A stretch of 64,000 nucleotides of DNA from Oikopleura dioica (GCA_907165135.1 OU015569.1:4278001-4342000), one strand, 5' to 3'. Shown: positions 24,607 through 38,434, counted from the stretch's first letter. Made by a program: numbers and translations. The notes: a model not told the origin generated them from the sequence alone.

Positions 24607-26765
24607 ATGAGTCTGTGTCGAGTGATAGGGTGGAGTAGGGCGTTCCGGTCGATGAGTTACACAATCCGACTTTCTAGAATGGCATCGGACACGCTGTTCG
24701 TGTCTGAGAAGCTTGGCAGCGACGAGAACAATGGAACGGAGCAATCCCCATTGAAAACCGTCTTGGCGGGCTTTATCGCCTCTCAAGGAAAGGTAACTTT
24801 TCGCATTCAAAGCAATCTTTACCGAATATGAAAGGCGAAAATTATGGTCCAAAATGCCGACAAGAAAGCTGAAGCCGCGTGGGTTGAGCTTTCACAGGCA
24901 CAAAGGAAGAAAATGACGAAATTGTACCAACAACACGTTCGAAAAACTGAGAAGGGCGCTGAGAACGAAGCTAAGAAGGCTGCACAGGCTGCGGCGGAGG
25001 CGGAAGCTCGCGAACGAAACTTGGCTGCAGCTAAGAAGATTAGCCTTACTCTTTATGAGTCCCTTCCTGCTGCCACCACTGTCAAAATTATCAACGCTAA
25101 GCCCCTCCGAGACTCACGCATCACTGTGAACGCATGGGTGCATCGAATTCGTCGCCAAGGAAATAATCTGATGTTCTTGGTCGTTCGAGATGGTACTGGT
25201 TATCTTCAGTTACCGTGTTTTAAATTTGTTTATCATGCGTTGAACTTGAACGGTTGAAGTCGATAATTTAAAACACGCGCCAGTGCGTCCTTACCGACAA
25301 GCTCTGTCATACTTACGACGCCCTCATTCTTCAGCCCGAAGCTACAGTCGAGCTCCACGGTCTGCTGGAAGCCGTTCCCGAAGGTAAAAATGCGGAAGGA
25401 GGTCACGAATTGAAAGTCGACTACTGGAGAATGATCGCAAATGCTCCTCCTGGTGGTGTTGAGAATGTCGTCAACAAAGAGGCTGATCCAGACACTCTTT
25501 TCGACAATCGGCATCTGGTCATTCGTGGTGAAAAGACATCCAAGATTCTGAAAATCCGATCTCACCTTATGCAGGGTAAATTTCTCTTATATCTCCGTTG
25601 CCCAATGAGTCTTCCTTTAAGCATTCCGAGAGCATTATTTCTCTCGCGGTTACCACGAGGTGACCCCTCCTTGTCTTGTTCAAACGATGTGCGAAGGTGG
25701 TTCGACTCTCTTCAAGTTTGATTACTTTGGTGAACAAGCATATTTGACCCAGTCTTCCCAACTCTACCTGGAGACCTGCATGCCTGCTCTTGGTGACGTA
25801 TTCTGTATGGCTGAGTCTTACAGGTACTTGATGACGCTTCTAGATCTATTGTAATCACGCCATTAACTCAACAACATGATTTCGAAACCTCTACGTAACA
25901 TTTTCTATTTAGAGCGGAAAAGAGCCGAACCCGGCGGCACTTGTCCGAGTACACTCACGTCGAAGCTGAATGTCCATTCATTACCTTCGAGCAGCTTTTG
26001 GACCGCATCGAGGACTTGCTTGTGGACGTAATTGACCGTCTGCTAAAGTCACCTGCAGGCCAGTACGTGTACGATCTTCATCCAAACTTCGTTCCCCCTA
26101 AGAAACCGTTTATGCGAATGGATTACAAAGATGCCATCAAGTATTTGAAAGAGCATGACATCAAAAAAGATGATGGCACTTATTACGAATTCGGTAAAAA
26201 TCTAATTGCTTTCAATTTTATTCATTTGAATCTAGGTGACGATATTCCTGAGGCTCCGGAGAGAAAGATGACTGATCAAATCGGAAAAGTGATCATGCTT
26301 CACCGATTCCCTGCTGAGATCAAGTCCTTTTACATGCCAAGATGCAAGGTAAACTATTCCGGCTGGTGAGAGTGACTAATTTTTACTGAGGACGACGAAC
26401 GAGTTACCGAGAGTGTGGATGTGTTGATCCCTAATGTTGGTGAAGTTATTGGCGGCTCTATGAGAATGTGGGACTATGACACATTGATGTCGAAGTATGC
26501 TGAAGAAGGAATCGGTGAGAGGAAAAACTCTCGCAAATATTTTAATGACTGTATTTTAAGACCCCAAAGACTATTACTGGTACACTGACCAGCGAAAGTA
26601 TGGATCATGCCCTCACGGTGGATACGGACTTGGTTTAGAAAGAATGCTCACTTGGTTGTGCGATCAATATCATATTCGTGATGTTTGTCTTTATCCCAGG
26701 TAGTGGAAGAACTTCTGTCCAGTGTAACAAGTTCATTTAGATACACTGGTCGATGCAAGCCTTGA
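24607..26765 (+). CDS. NARS1: Cytosolic-type asparaginyl-tRNA synthetase with an optional 24-aa N-terminal extension
   Basis: Eukaryotic N-domain [81 protein letters not shown] and [10 protein letters not shown]. ATGs at 24607 and 24679. Confidence 0.95.
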
Positions 26766-27054
26766 GATTGAGAATAGGGAGAATTATTTAAAACTTAGGT
26801 GTACGCAAATGTGCGTGTGTGCGTTCTATACTGTTTTGATACTGACCTGCAAGCTAGCAATAATTTAAACTGTCCGGACCTGAAAAAAGTAAAAATAAAA
26901 GGGGTTAGGGCCATATGCTCTTGATTTGAACACCATAATCGGGTTTCTATGAAATGAGTGTGGCCCCTTCTACCGCTACTAAAGCACATATAGAGAATAC
27001 CGACGAACGAAGACCAATTCAGCATATGGTTTTTTATAGATTGATTAGAGAAAG

Positions 27055-27832
<778 letters not shown>

Positions 27833-28231
27833 GAAGATCGTCAAAACACTAGTTCAGTTTCTATATGTTTCCTGTCTTGATCACAGCTATGATTTTCTTT
27901 AAATTTCAAAGGGTTGATTTCACGGGAGAAATATTAGTTAGAATAAGTTCCATACATGTATGATGACTCAAAATTAAACGTCCGCTTTTCCTGTATGTTC
28001 ACACTGCCAACCCTTTGATTCTTAATATATTAAATCAAACTGTCATAGCGAAACGTATGGTTTCTTTGCTGATCTTACTGTTTGTGCGCTATTTTTCGCT
28101 GAATCGCTGGGGGCCGTCGATTTGATCGCTAACCGAAACCGCGGAGAATATGGTTCGATCGGCGCCCCCTCTTGGAGTTAACCGAACTCCTCATTCGAGC
28201 AGCACATTGTGAGAATTTGCGTTTTTCAGAA

Positions 28232-31200
28232 ATGCCGCCCAAAAAAGGCAAGAAAGTTGTTGGCTATCAGAAAGCAGAACCTATCGCGCCTGGGTTTGTC
28301 GTCACAGATGCGAGAAAAGTTTCTTATGTCACTGGCGAAGCTGTTGGTGAAGGTGGATTCGGGTTGATTTATCTTGCGGACGTTCAAGTACGTATACAGT
28401 TATAAAAACAAATCATTAATTAACCATTTTTCGAAGGGTCGTCAAGTTGATATCGACAATGCTCGATACGTGATGAAAATAGAGCCGAAAGCGAACGGTC
28501 CTCTCTTTCAAGAGATCAACTTTTACAATCGGCACTGCAAAGAGAGTGACATCGTCAAATTCGCAAAAGAAAAAAAGATAGGCGTTCTTGGAATTCCTAA
28601 ATTCATGTCTTCCGGAGTCATCGCGTACAACGGGAACGATCTGCGATATCTGGTCATGCAGCGCTTTGGCCGAGATTTGCAGAAAGTTTTTGATGAGAAC
28701 GGCACTTTCAGTCGACAGCTGAATGCGCAAATTGCGACCAAAAGTACGATTCTGTGGCAGACAACGGATTGAGTTGGCCCACTCCGCACGTGAGGCCAAG
28801 GCACGGAAGGTGTCAAGCCGAGAGTCAATAGATGCAAGGGACCACACCGCCGGTGCGAACCCCTGCAGAGTCCGGTTGGAGCCAAAACGATCGTGAAGGA
28901 GTACCAGAGATCTGGAAGTTTGAACGTCGTTTCCCTCAAATTCGAATAGAGCACCTGAATTTTCACCGTTGTTCTCAAAAAATTGGGTGCAGAATTTGCC
29001 TTCCCAGAGATCCATGAGCATGAGCTCGCGTGAGCACGACTTTGCTCTGTAATCGGTGAGCATGAGCACGCGTGAGCACGAGGGGCCCAGAATTCTGTGA
29101 GCATGAGCACGCGTGAGCATGCTCATCGAGCTCACTCACGTGCTCACGTGCTCGTGAGCTCGTCAGATTTCAAACCCTGGTCTCGGTGTGAGACCTTGAG
29201 TGAACAGAATCAGAGGTCATATTTAGCCCGAGATTAGGATCAAGCTCATTCCCAGATCAGCCCTAAAAGTGAAGATATAGACTACCAAAAAAATAAGAAT
29301 TTGGTGAAACTCGCCAAAATCGGGTAATTAAGGGCGAACAATCCGAATCTTTGGTCGAAATAGACTTTCAATTTCAAATCAGCCAAGAGCAGTAATTTTG
29401 ACAACAACTACTACCCTTCAGGGGTTGTTTCAGAAAAAAGTGTCTACAATTGACCTTTAATTGGTCAACTTTGAGCTTTGAGCTCACCTTTATATTTATG
29501 ACCGAAAATATGGGTTTGTGTAATGACAAAATCGTACATTTTCTGATCGCCTTTGTTACATTATCATATTTTGGAAATTGAGAAGACTGAGATTTTCTTC
29601 AATAGATGTGCTTAAAATCTTTCAGGTGATTTGGGGTGAAGTCCCATTCCAGTGACTAAATTGGTTGGAATTTTCAAGATTACTGCCCTTGGCTTATTTG
29701 ACATTAAAAGTTTATTTCGACCAAAGATTCGAATTCTACGCCCTTTATTACCCTACTGAGCGTATTTTCCCCAAATTCTATTTTTTCTTCGTCTTCATTT
29801 TCACTTTTAGGGCTTATACGGGGATGAGCTTGATCCTGATCTCGAGTTTAATGTGACCTTTGATTTCGAGGTCTCACACCGAGACTTCCTCCAAACTTGG
29901 CCCAGAACCGGACTCGGCAGGAGTTTGCACCGGCGGCGTGGTCCCTTGCATCCATTGACTCTCGGCTTGACACCGCCTGTGCCTTGGCCCCACGTGCGGA
30001 GTGGGCCAACTCAATCCGTGTTCCCCCGATTCTGTTAAGAAGTAGCTTTATAATTATTCTTTAGTGCTGTACTCGCTGGAGTACATGCATAGGAAAAGAT
30101 ATGCGCACGCAGACATCAAAGGCGCGAATATATTGCTCGGTAACGAAGTAAATGCTGACAAAGAGGAGCTCTATTTGATTGATTTCGGTCTTGCATACCT
30201 TCTGCCGGCGAATCCTATTGAGAGACCCGATCCAAAGGCTCGACATGACGGAACTGTAAGATGAGATTTTGTTTTTATGGAAACTCGAACTATTTTAAGA
30301 TCGAATACTGCTCAACTGATGCTCATTCGGGTTGCAAACCTTCATTTCGAGGCGATTTAGAAATCCTCCTGTGGAATCTTGCACACTGGGCATCTGGAGA
30401 TCTCCCTTGGTTGACATTGATCAAAGAAGGCATGCCTGATAGTCAGAAGGAAAAGGTTGCATCGCTCAAGAGAGAAATGCTCGCGAACTCAGATCAATTT
30501 ATGTCGGATCTGGGTATAGGTAAGATTAAGATAGTATACATATGTCCCTTTTAATAAATTATTCAGAAGATCACAAAGAGATAAAACAGCTGATGAAGTA
30601 TATCGGTGCGATGAAGTACTCTGATGAGGTAGACTTCAAAAAAGTACGCGCTTTCTTCGAGCCACAGCTTCCTTCTGGAAACAAGCTTGCCTTCAAGCAG
30701 ATCAAGTCACGAAAGAGTTTCGTTCCTGGAAAAAAGTTGCCAAAAGTTCAGCGAACTATCACCCCTGCACCTCGGAAGGCCCCTTCGAGAGTGACACCAG
30801 CTAAACCTAAAGCGAGTTCGAGAAAAACAACTATCGCGAACAAATCAACAGCAGAGAAGGTGAAAATAGCTGGCCGACAAGGACGTGCGACGACATCTGT
30901 AATTGATGAGTCCAGCGACGAGGAAATAAGCTTCTCTCGATCTCGTTCTCGAAACGAGAAAACTCGAAAGAAGTCAAACGAGGAAGAAGACGATGATTAT
31001 GACCCATCATCATCGAAAAAGAAAGCGGCAACCAGATCGCGACAGACCAAGCGAGCAATGAAAACCTCTACCGAGGAAGACTCCACCGAAATGACTGTCC
31101 CTGTTAAGCAACGGGCAAAGAAGCAAGCATTGAGGTACTTTTAATACGATTTTATTACAGCTCCTGATTATTATTTTAGCACTGGTAGTCCAGCTGTTCG

Positions 31201-31486
31201 AGGATCATCGACTCGTTCGAGGCGCAATCTGAGCGAACAAAAGTAAGTTTCGAAAAGTCGCATGTTTTCATTTGGCCATAGGAAACACACAGAAACGATT
31301 GCGGAGACGTCTGAAGATGATATCCCGAAGGAGACCCCAAAGAGGTCTACAAGGAAGAAAGCGAGCACCGTCGAAAAAGTGCAGGAAGTCAAAACGAGGA
31401 AAGTCACAGACAAACTAGCAAAAATGAGAGAACTGAGAGACGCTCAACTTCAGAAGGCGAAAGAAGAAAAGAAAAAAGAAAGGTAG
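28232..31486 (+). CDS. VRK1: Vaccinia-related kinase 1-like with a basic C-terminal tail
   Basis: GEGGFGLIY, VMKIEPKANGPLFQEINFY, LEYMHRKRYAHADIKGANILL, YLIDFGLA, HDGT|IEYCSTDAH and RGDLEILLWNLAHWASGDLPW. Confidence 0.9.
28756..30026. mobile_element. Non-autonomous Mutator-like (MULE) element in a VRK1 intron
   Basis: 9-bp TSD CGATTCTGT (28747-28755 / 30027-30035) and GG termini. Outer TIRs 28764-28877 / 29906-30019 (9 mismatches in 114 bp); inner TIRs ~29180-29309 / 29765-29885. Removal leaves a normal 41-nt intron. Confidence 0.85.
29014..29179. repeat. Array of (G/A)TGAGCATGAGCACGCGTGAGCA-like motifs ending in a hAT-like CAGGGTTTGAAATC terminus (minus strand)
   Basis: Three ~24-bp copies plus inverted TGCTCAC copies, present only in the left arm of the MULE. 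Confidence 0.6.
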
Positions 31487-31622
31487 ATCTTAGAATTCAT
31501 CCGTTTCTTTAGCTCCATCATTGAACTTTTCCATTATTTTGATTCATATTTGTGATTTCACGAAATAATCGGTAACCGTCATGGCTTAAATTTATTCTGA
31601 TAGTGATGAAGGATACAGTAGT

Positions 31623-33246
31623 ATGACAGTTGTGATGTTGCGACAAGAGCTGACCCGTCGTGGTCATACAAATCATCGCAACCTTCGAAAGGCGGCTCTG
31701 ATTAAACTGCTGCAAGAATCTTAGAACAATACTCAATCTATGTCTCTACTTTTCATTTACCAACTGCCAGTTTTACACTCAATATACTCACAATCACGGA
31801 TCAAGCTTTTTCATTTTTGCACTGCAGTTTTCAACTATAGTTTCAGTTCATTCTCTTCATTCGAAGAAGATCAGGAAAATATTCCACCGATTGTCGAGGA
31901 AATTTTGGACGAGAGCGCAGATATTCAGGCCAAAAAGGGGGTCAACCTAAACTTCTCTTTGGATGCAGAAACAACAATGGAGGATATTGCTTCTTCCGAA
32001 GAGGACGAAGACCCACCGTTGCCAAAAGTTCCGAAAAGAGGGAATAGAAGTTTGGCGGAATCCTCTTCTGATGTCAGGTACAGTCGCAAGAAAAAGGGAA
32101 GAGCCCCTGAAAAGAAGCTCAAGAATGCAGAGAGACCTCTACCGACTCTCCAGGGGCCGTTTCCCCCCGAGGAACGGACGATTAAAACTCCGGTTACCTC
32201 TTCTGCTGCACCAGCTACTCCCCCTTCGGCCTCTCCAATAACCTCACCAGCAGGACCACAGAGCACTCCTCCTGTGCATGAGGATGCAGTCAAGCTCAGT
32301 ACTCGGAGTAATAACTTGGTCCCCGGGTTTTCTGGTTATGTGCTCCCCAAGACATGGGCGAACCTTAATCCAACCGGTCAGACATACGAGGGGCATGATA
32401 CTTATTCGGTGCAGTGTGAACATAATAGCCAACTCTCGGATCTGCACTGCATCCAACTTACAGGCGCAGCGAAGGATAAGATAATCGAGGAATCAGTACG
32501 AGCTGCAGAACAGTAAGGATGGTTTTTCTGTGCATTTCTCTTACGGTTTTCTTTCTAGGCTCGAAATTAATAAAGAGCGCCAGAGCTTGATCGATGCAAC
32601 GAACGAGTTTCTGAATTTGCCGGGGATTTTGACACATTGTCGTTGTGGTATTTATATCCACTACGAAAATTTATCTTTGCATGTACTTCCTTTCACTTAT
32701 GCAGTAATGGCTTTATCATGCCATTAAATATCGTTGAACTCGGGAGACCAGTAAGATTCATGTTTTTCTAAAGCGCAATTTGTCTATTCAGATTGAGTTT
32801 TTACGGTCTTTCCCGGGCTCCGACACGAGAAAATCGTGTTTTAGTAAACTTATCGTATTTTCAGGGATCTGGACAATCCGAATGTCAAAATTACTTTTGA
32901 CGAGAAGATTGGCCCGATAAGTGCGGAGTTCGTAGGTGAAAGAAGCTCCAGTGACAAGAGTCCGCCATTACCACCACCGGGCAAGAACTACATCGGAGAG
33001 ATTGAAGATGATGTTTTCCAGCGACTCGAAAATGAAACAAGGAGAGCCGAACTTATGGCCAAAAGGCCTACCCGTGCGACGGAACGAAAGAAGAGAATGT
33101 TTCAGCCTGGAAAGAACAAGTGTCCTCGGAACGCTTCAATGCAGACTGTAAAATCGTGGCTCATGGACAAGCCACATAAACTCACAGAGCTTCGCCACAA
33201 CCTTTCTAAAAACCCACTTTTCACAGTGATAAAACAGAACAAGTGA
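31623..33246 (+). CDS. Uncharacterised protein with a possible N-terminal SAP/Rho-N-like helix-extended-helix motif; exon structure uncertain
   Basis: MTVVMLRQELTRRGHTNHRNLRKAALIKLLQES at 31623-31721, followed by a long acidic/Pro-rich ORF (to ~32512) and spliced 3' exons ending at TGA 33244-33246. Confidence 0.5.
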
Positions 33247-34417
33247 TCACTCTCAAGCTCACTATAATTTCTTCATTTACATTCTTCTACTTTTACATTC
33301 CCCTTTCGACAAATAAAGGGCCATTTAACTGCCAAAAAATCATACACACTCTGATAAATAATATTCTGAAGTCGATCTTCTGAAATATTATTAGTTTTTT
33401 TTTTGTTTATAAATTCTAAGCATGCATATGTTCAATTTCACGGCGAGTCTACATTCTCATTGATCAATAAATGTCTTGAAAGGTAGCATTCTCAATCGTG
33501 ATTTAATAGCTCTTTGTCACTGACGTATTTTCAAGGGTCTATTCTTGTCACAAAGCTCCAAAGCGAGCAGTGCTTCTCAAGTCGTAGGATTTCCCAACGC
33601 TCGCTTTTCGATCCTTAATTTAGACCGCCTTTATGTAGGAAGAAGTTAAACAGAAAAAGTTTGCAGTGACCAAATTTTTAATTGAAATGTAATCAAAAGT
33701 TCAGCGTTCGGGTTTGCCAGGGTTTTACTTTTTAATCTACGTTCTCTTTCACACTAGGTGAAGTCGTGTATTTTTATGCGCTTAAAATTTACAAAAATAA
33801 TTTCACGCCCGATGTGCATCGCAAATCAAGCCTTACTGCATTATTAATGAGCTCGAGTGCGCCCAACTCCGTGGCGTGCGTGCCTTAACCCCCTTGGGCC
33901 TTGGGATATCCACGCCTGTTGTGAAATCGGAGTAGAATTCAGAGAGATCAAAAATCAAATTCGGGAATACGAGAAGCCTCCCTTGCCGGTAATTTTCACT
34001 TTTAATTTAAAATTTATGAGCATATTTGACTTTCATTCTCAAGTGCTGAAATTAATTAACCTTTGTTCAGCAATTAAATTTTTAATAAGTTATTTTGAAT
34101 CAATTATATCCCCTGTCCGCGCAGCGTTTCATGCGTTAAGATATCTCTAGGTGAGAAATATAGCAGACGGCAAGTAGGGAGAACTGCCCGCGGCGCGTGA
34201 ATGGCCACGATTTCGAACGGGTTCAGAATGAATTGAAAAAGAAAGTGAAGCGGCGCGCGCAGCTACGATTAAAAAAAGTGTTTTACCTCCGCGGTTTACC
34301 CGCCAATTTCAACAATAGTTCGATAATTGCCTGATTTTCTACGAAACAAAAAAATCCAAAGAGAAACCAGCGCGATCGTTAAAAATATCGACAGCAAGGA
34401 AAGAAATCTTGTTCAGT

Positions 34418-36948
34418 ATGCTTAGCACGGAGCCAGACGATGTAAGAGTCATCAAAAAGAAATATATAGACATTCGTGTTCAGGCGAAAGCAGACTACGT
34501 CCGACTGGCACAGTATGAGCTCCGGGATGAGCTTGGTAGTGGACAATATGGTGTAGTACGCGCCGTGCGTTGCTCCGAAACAAACAAAGACTACGCCATG
34601 AAAATCATCAGGTAATTTTAGCAGTAATATTTACTGTCAAAGTCGCGCGCAGCTTCTCGGGAGCAAACAACGACATCTTAAATTTAGTAAACGCCGTCTG
34701 ATGAAAAGGTCAGGCTTTTTGCGTATTCCGCCGAAGCGCGCCGGGAAGTCAAGCTCTGGACCGAGCGCGTACTCGCCACTGGAAAAAGTGTACCGCGAAA
34801 TCGCGCTTCTGAGACTGGATCAACATCGCATAAATTTTCAGGAAGATTTATATTAACTTCTCATTACACGGGCGCGCGACTAAGCGCTCAAAACACGGGG
34901 TCGGGAAAACCGACCACCAAGCATTATTCAGCCCCGCGCGGGGCGCCGAATCCGGAGTGTGAAAAACCGCGCCGACTATTTTGACCTCTTATTCATATTT
35001 CCGTTTCGGTATTGAGTTCAAAATTATACTGTTAGAAAGCTTGAACACTGAGCTATTTACTCATCTTATTATCAAGGAAGAAAAACCTTCAGATTTTTCG
35101 ATAATGAGCGCGAGAGAAATCTGGTGCAAAGCGCCATTCCTCTTGAGAAATTTCACGAAACTTCGCAGAGTGGTTCGATTTGTTCATATAAGTGCACATT
35201 GCAAAAATTAGGCCAAACAGATTACCAACTTCGAAGTTATTGAGGGCCAAAGTCGCCGTGGTCGGTTTTACCGACCCCGTGTATTGAGAAGTTAATTTAT
35301 GAAAATCGGGGGGCTACTTGTCACTCAACGATGGATCGATAATGAGCTCGAGTTCTGTAATTGTGTTGATCCCGAAAATAGAGGAAAATAAACCACACCA
35401 ATTTGGTGAAACTGGTTGACGTACTTGACGCACCAGGCGATGGCATGCTGTACATGGTGTTTGAACTCCTCCCAAATGGGTAATTCTTATAGCTGCACAA
35501 TATAAAAGTGCCACTTATAATAACATAAGAGAATAGACAATTGATAATATATCACTCCTGATCGGCTTTTGCCCCTACTCGATGATCTCATTTGATCTAT
35601 TATTCAAGAGTTAAGCCGCGGCTTCGTTTTATACAGTGCAGCGCCTGTGGCCTGTTAAATTAACGTATTTCAGAAAATAACTCAAACCTCATTAATTTCT
35701 CTTCTATGACTTCAGCCTATTGCCGAATTAGAAAGGCCCTTGATTTACCGAATCCTAGCGAAACTCTGAGGATACCAAGCGAAGAGCCTTTATCGGAAGA
35801 AAAGGCGAGGAGTTACTTTCGCGATACACTGCAAGGATTAGACTACTGTAAGTCAGAGTTCGGTTTTCCATGAAATAATGTGTCTCAGTACATTACCAGT
35901 ACATCATTCATCGCGACATTAAACCGGCAAATCTACTTCTTGATGCGAATAATAATGTGAAGATTTCCGATCTAGGAGTGAGCGTTGAAGTGGAGGACTC
36001 CTATCTCATCTCAGGACAAGTTGGAACTCCCGCCTTTATGTCTCCAGAGCTTCTCAATCCAGGAAAGGGCTACCTTTGAAGCTCAGAATTAAATCTTCGA
36101 AAGCGCAGTTTCAAGCCAAACTCAAAGATAGCGGGAAACTGTCAGGAGTTTGCGTCGACTTGTGGGCCTTAGGCGTGACGCTCTTTGCTTTCTTAGCTGG
36201 AACCGTTCCATGGAATGATATTACCTCAATCGGAATACTAAACAAAATAATGACCCAACCGCTTAACTTCTCGAGCATGTACGTTTTTAATGAGATTACC
36301 CAAGTTAGAATAATTTGTTTAGTAATCCTCCAATTTCACGGGACTGCGAGGAGCTCATACAGCAAATGTTATCGATCGATATGGATGAAAGACCGACAAC
36401 TGATTCGCTCTTCAAGAACAACTGGGTCCTGGCAACAGGTAATCAACCCTCTAATCGTCTTCATCCTTTCTTTAGCAGCTTCCATCTTCTCGCTGGAGTT
36501 GACAGTAATCAAGACTCCATTGAAGTCATAATACGATTTCTTTTTGTTGATATAAACATCCTCATCGATGCTAAGTAACTTAACAGTGAATATATTTAGG
36601 AGAACTTGGCGCCCGCTGTCACGAGTATGTCGATGTCACAGATGAAGATGTTAATTCTTCCGTTACCACAGTCCCAAAGGAAAATAGGATCAAAATGTTA
36701 TTTAATTGCTAGTAACACTAACAGCTTTTTGCTCGTTTGAACAAGTCCATTTGAGCTTGATACAATATAGAAAACGTAAGGTTTCGTTATCAAAGTTATT
36801 CAATCCTTTATAAGTTGGAAACACTCATCATGGTGAAGCAAATGCTGAAAAGACATAGTTTCCGGAACCCATTTACTCTCAATCGCCAAACATCACAGTA
36901 AGATGGCTAGTTATTGAATGTACATGCGAGCTCATCTTCAGGTTCTAA
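34418..36948 (+). CDS. CAMKK: Calcium/calmodulin-dependent protein kinase kinase
   Basis: YELRDELGSGQYGVV, DYAMKII, REIALL|RKINHTNLVKLVDVL, YIIHRDIKPANLLL, GTPAFMSPE, VDLWALGVTL, and the CaM-binding LIMVKQMLKRHSFRNPF. The 5' end may extend further. Confidence 0.9.
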
Positions 36949-37565
36949 CTGAAGCGAAAAGACCTCATTTTGTGTATGAGTTGTTATTTTTTATTATTAT
37001 TTTCGCCTTCTGTGCCTAGTCAGTTTCTTGTTATCAGTTTCGTTTATTTTTCATGTTTTTGTCTTGTGCCTTAAACCTAATTGATCTCGTATTCCAAAAA
37101 GAGAGCTTTCCAATAGACAGAAACAAGTGTAGGAGTTTCTTATCAATCTTCATGAATGCTGCATTCAGAATGCATGATTTTGTTTATCATGCAAGACATT
37201 ATTGTTTCCCTCCGCGGTGCTTATTTCTTTTGTCACCAAATATTCGGTACTCATGTAAAGACTTATCCATCTGTGTAGCCAACAGATCCGCCGAAACAAT
37301 TCTGATCCTGAAATTGACAAACCAACGCCAAAAAAGTTTGATAGCCAGTAGTCGAATTTTTAGCGTTCGAAATATTTCCAATTTTTTTCAACAAAAAGTG
37401 ACCTTTTCTGAAACCTGTTAATAAAAAGAGAAATCATCGATCAAACCAAAAACGAAATTTGATACGTTTATATAATCGAATCTAAAGATCTTGGTTATTA
37501 TTAATTTCATGTGATTGCTTTATTTCAGGAGGAAACGTAGATCGACATTCTGTCGTCTGCAGCAG

Positions 37566-38434
37566 TTAATAAGCTTGAATATTTTTTACAGAAAGCAGGA
37601 ATGGAACGTTGAAAACTTTGTCAGAGATGATGAAGCCAAGTTCGTGAACATCATAGAGTTTCTCTGCGAGAGATGGTGCATTAGGAGGAGTCTAAATGAC
37701 ATGAAAATCAATTTATTTTATGCCTCACTTACAAGTCCCATAATGTTGTATCTGAAGTCCGCAAAGTTCATTTCGTACGTCTGCCAGGAAGTCGACGCAC
37801 TAAACTCGATTTCAAAATTAGCGATTCCCCATTCGTTGTCAGTTCTTGGGGTCAAATTCATTCTGAAGTCACGGTTTGTCGCCTTCGCTTCGAATCTGAT
37901 GCCAGTTTTGCCATCAAGCGAGCCGTACTCGATCTCTTTGCGTACAGATGCAAATCCTCCGTTATTTTCAGCCTTTCATAGGTTACTCTACCACATAGAT
38001 TAATAGAATAAGACTATTAGACTATAGTATAAGAATAAGCTATTTAGCTAACAAAAGAACCCAGGCCTTGAGCTCGCCCCAGAAGTGAACAACTTCTCCA
38101 GATGGAATAACGTAGCCGTCTGATACTCCTCCCATAACATTGTCGTTCACGGACCTCCAGACTTCTCCTTCGGAAACACCACCCATCACATTGTCGTTGA
38201 CACTTTGCCATTCAGAGGATGCGATGACTTGTCCCTCGGAAACGCCTCCCATAACATTATCATTTACAGACTGCCATTGACTCTAATTTAAATTGAATAT
38301 TATGCATTTATTACTACGTATACCTGAGAAAGTACTTCTCCCTCCGACACGCCACCCATGACATTGTCATTTACTGGTCGCCATGGACTCGCATAAACGA
38401 CCATAGTATTGAAAAAGACATTCGAAAGTTTCAT
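37566..38434 (-). CDS. CIA30 (PF08547)-family protein, bacterial/algal type, with 4 tandem copies of the WxxVNDNVMGGVS(E/D)G motif
   Basis: Four exons, including a GC-AG intron at 37973-38066: MKLSNVFFNTMVVYASP-[motif]x4-...FWGELK|AENNGGFASVRKEI...PFLLSVKNIQAY*. Confidence 0.8.

Noticed and set aside
28109-28170. tRNA-like sequence (GGTTCGATC) between Ran and VRK1
   Set aside because: Too short for a cloverleaf and lacks D and anticodon arms; only a simple GC-rich hairpin.
28416-29135. Minus-strand ORFs 28416-29135 and 28523-29110 as a transposase
   Set aside because: They are read through the repeat array, the TIR and antisense VRK1 exon, and carry no DDE or zinc-finger motif.
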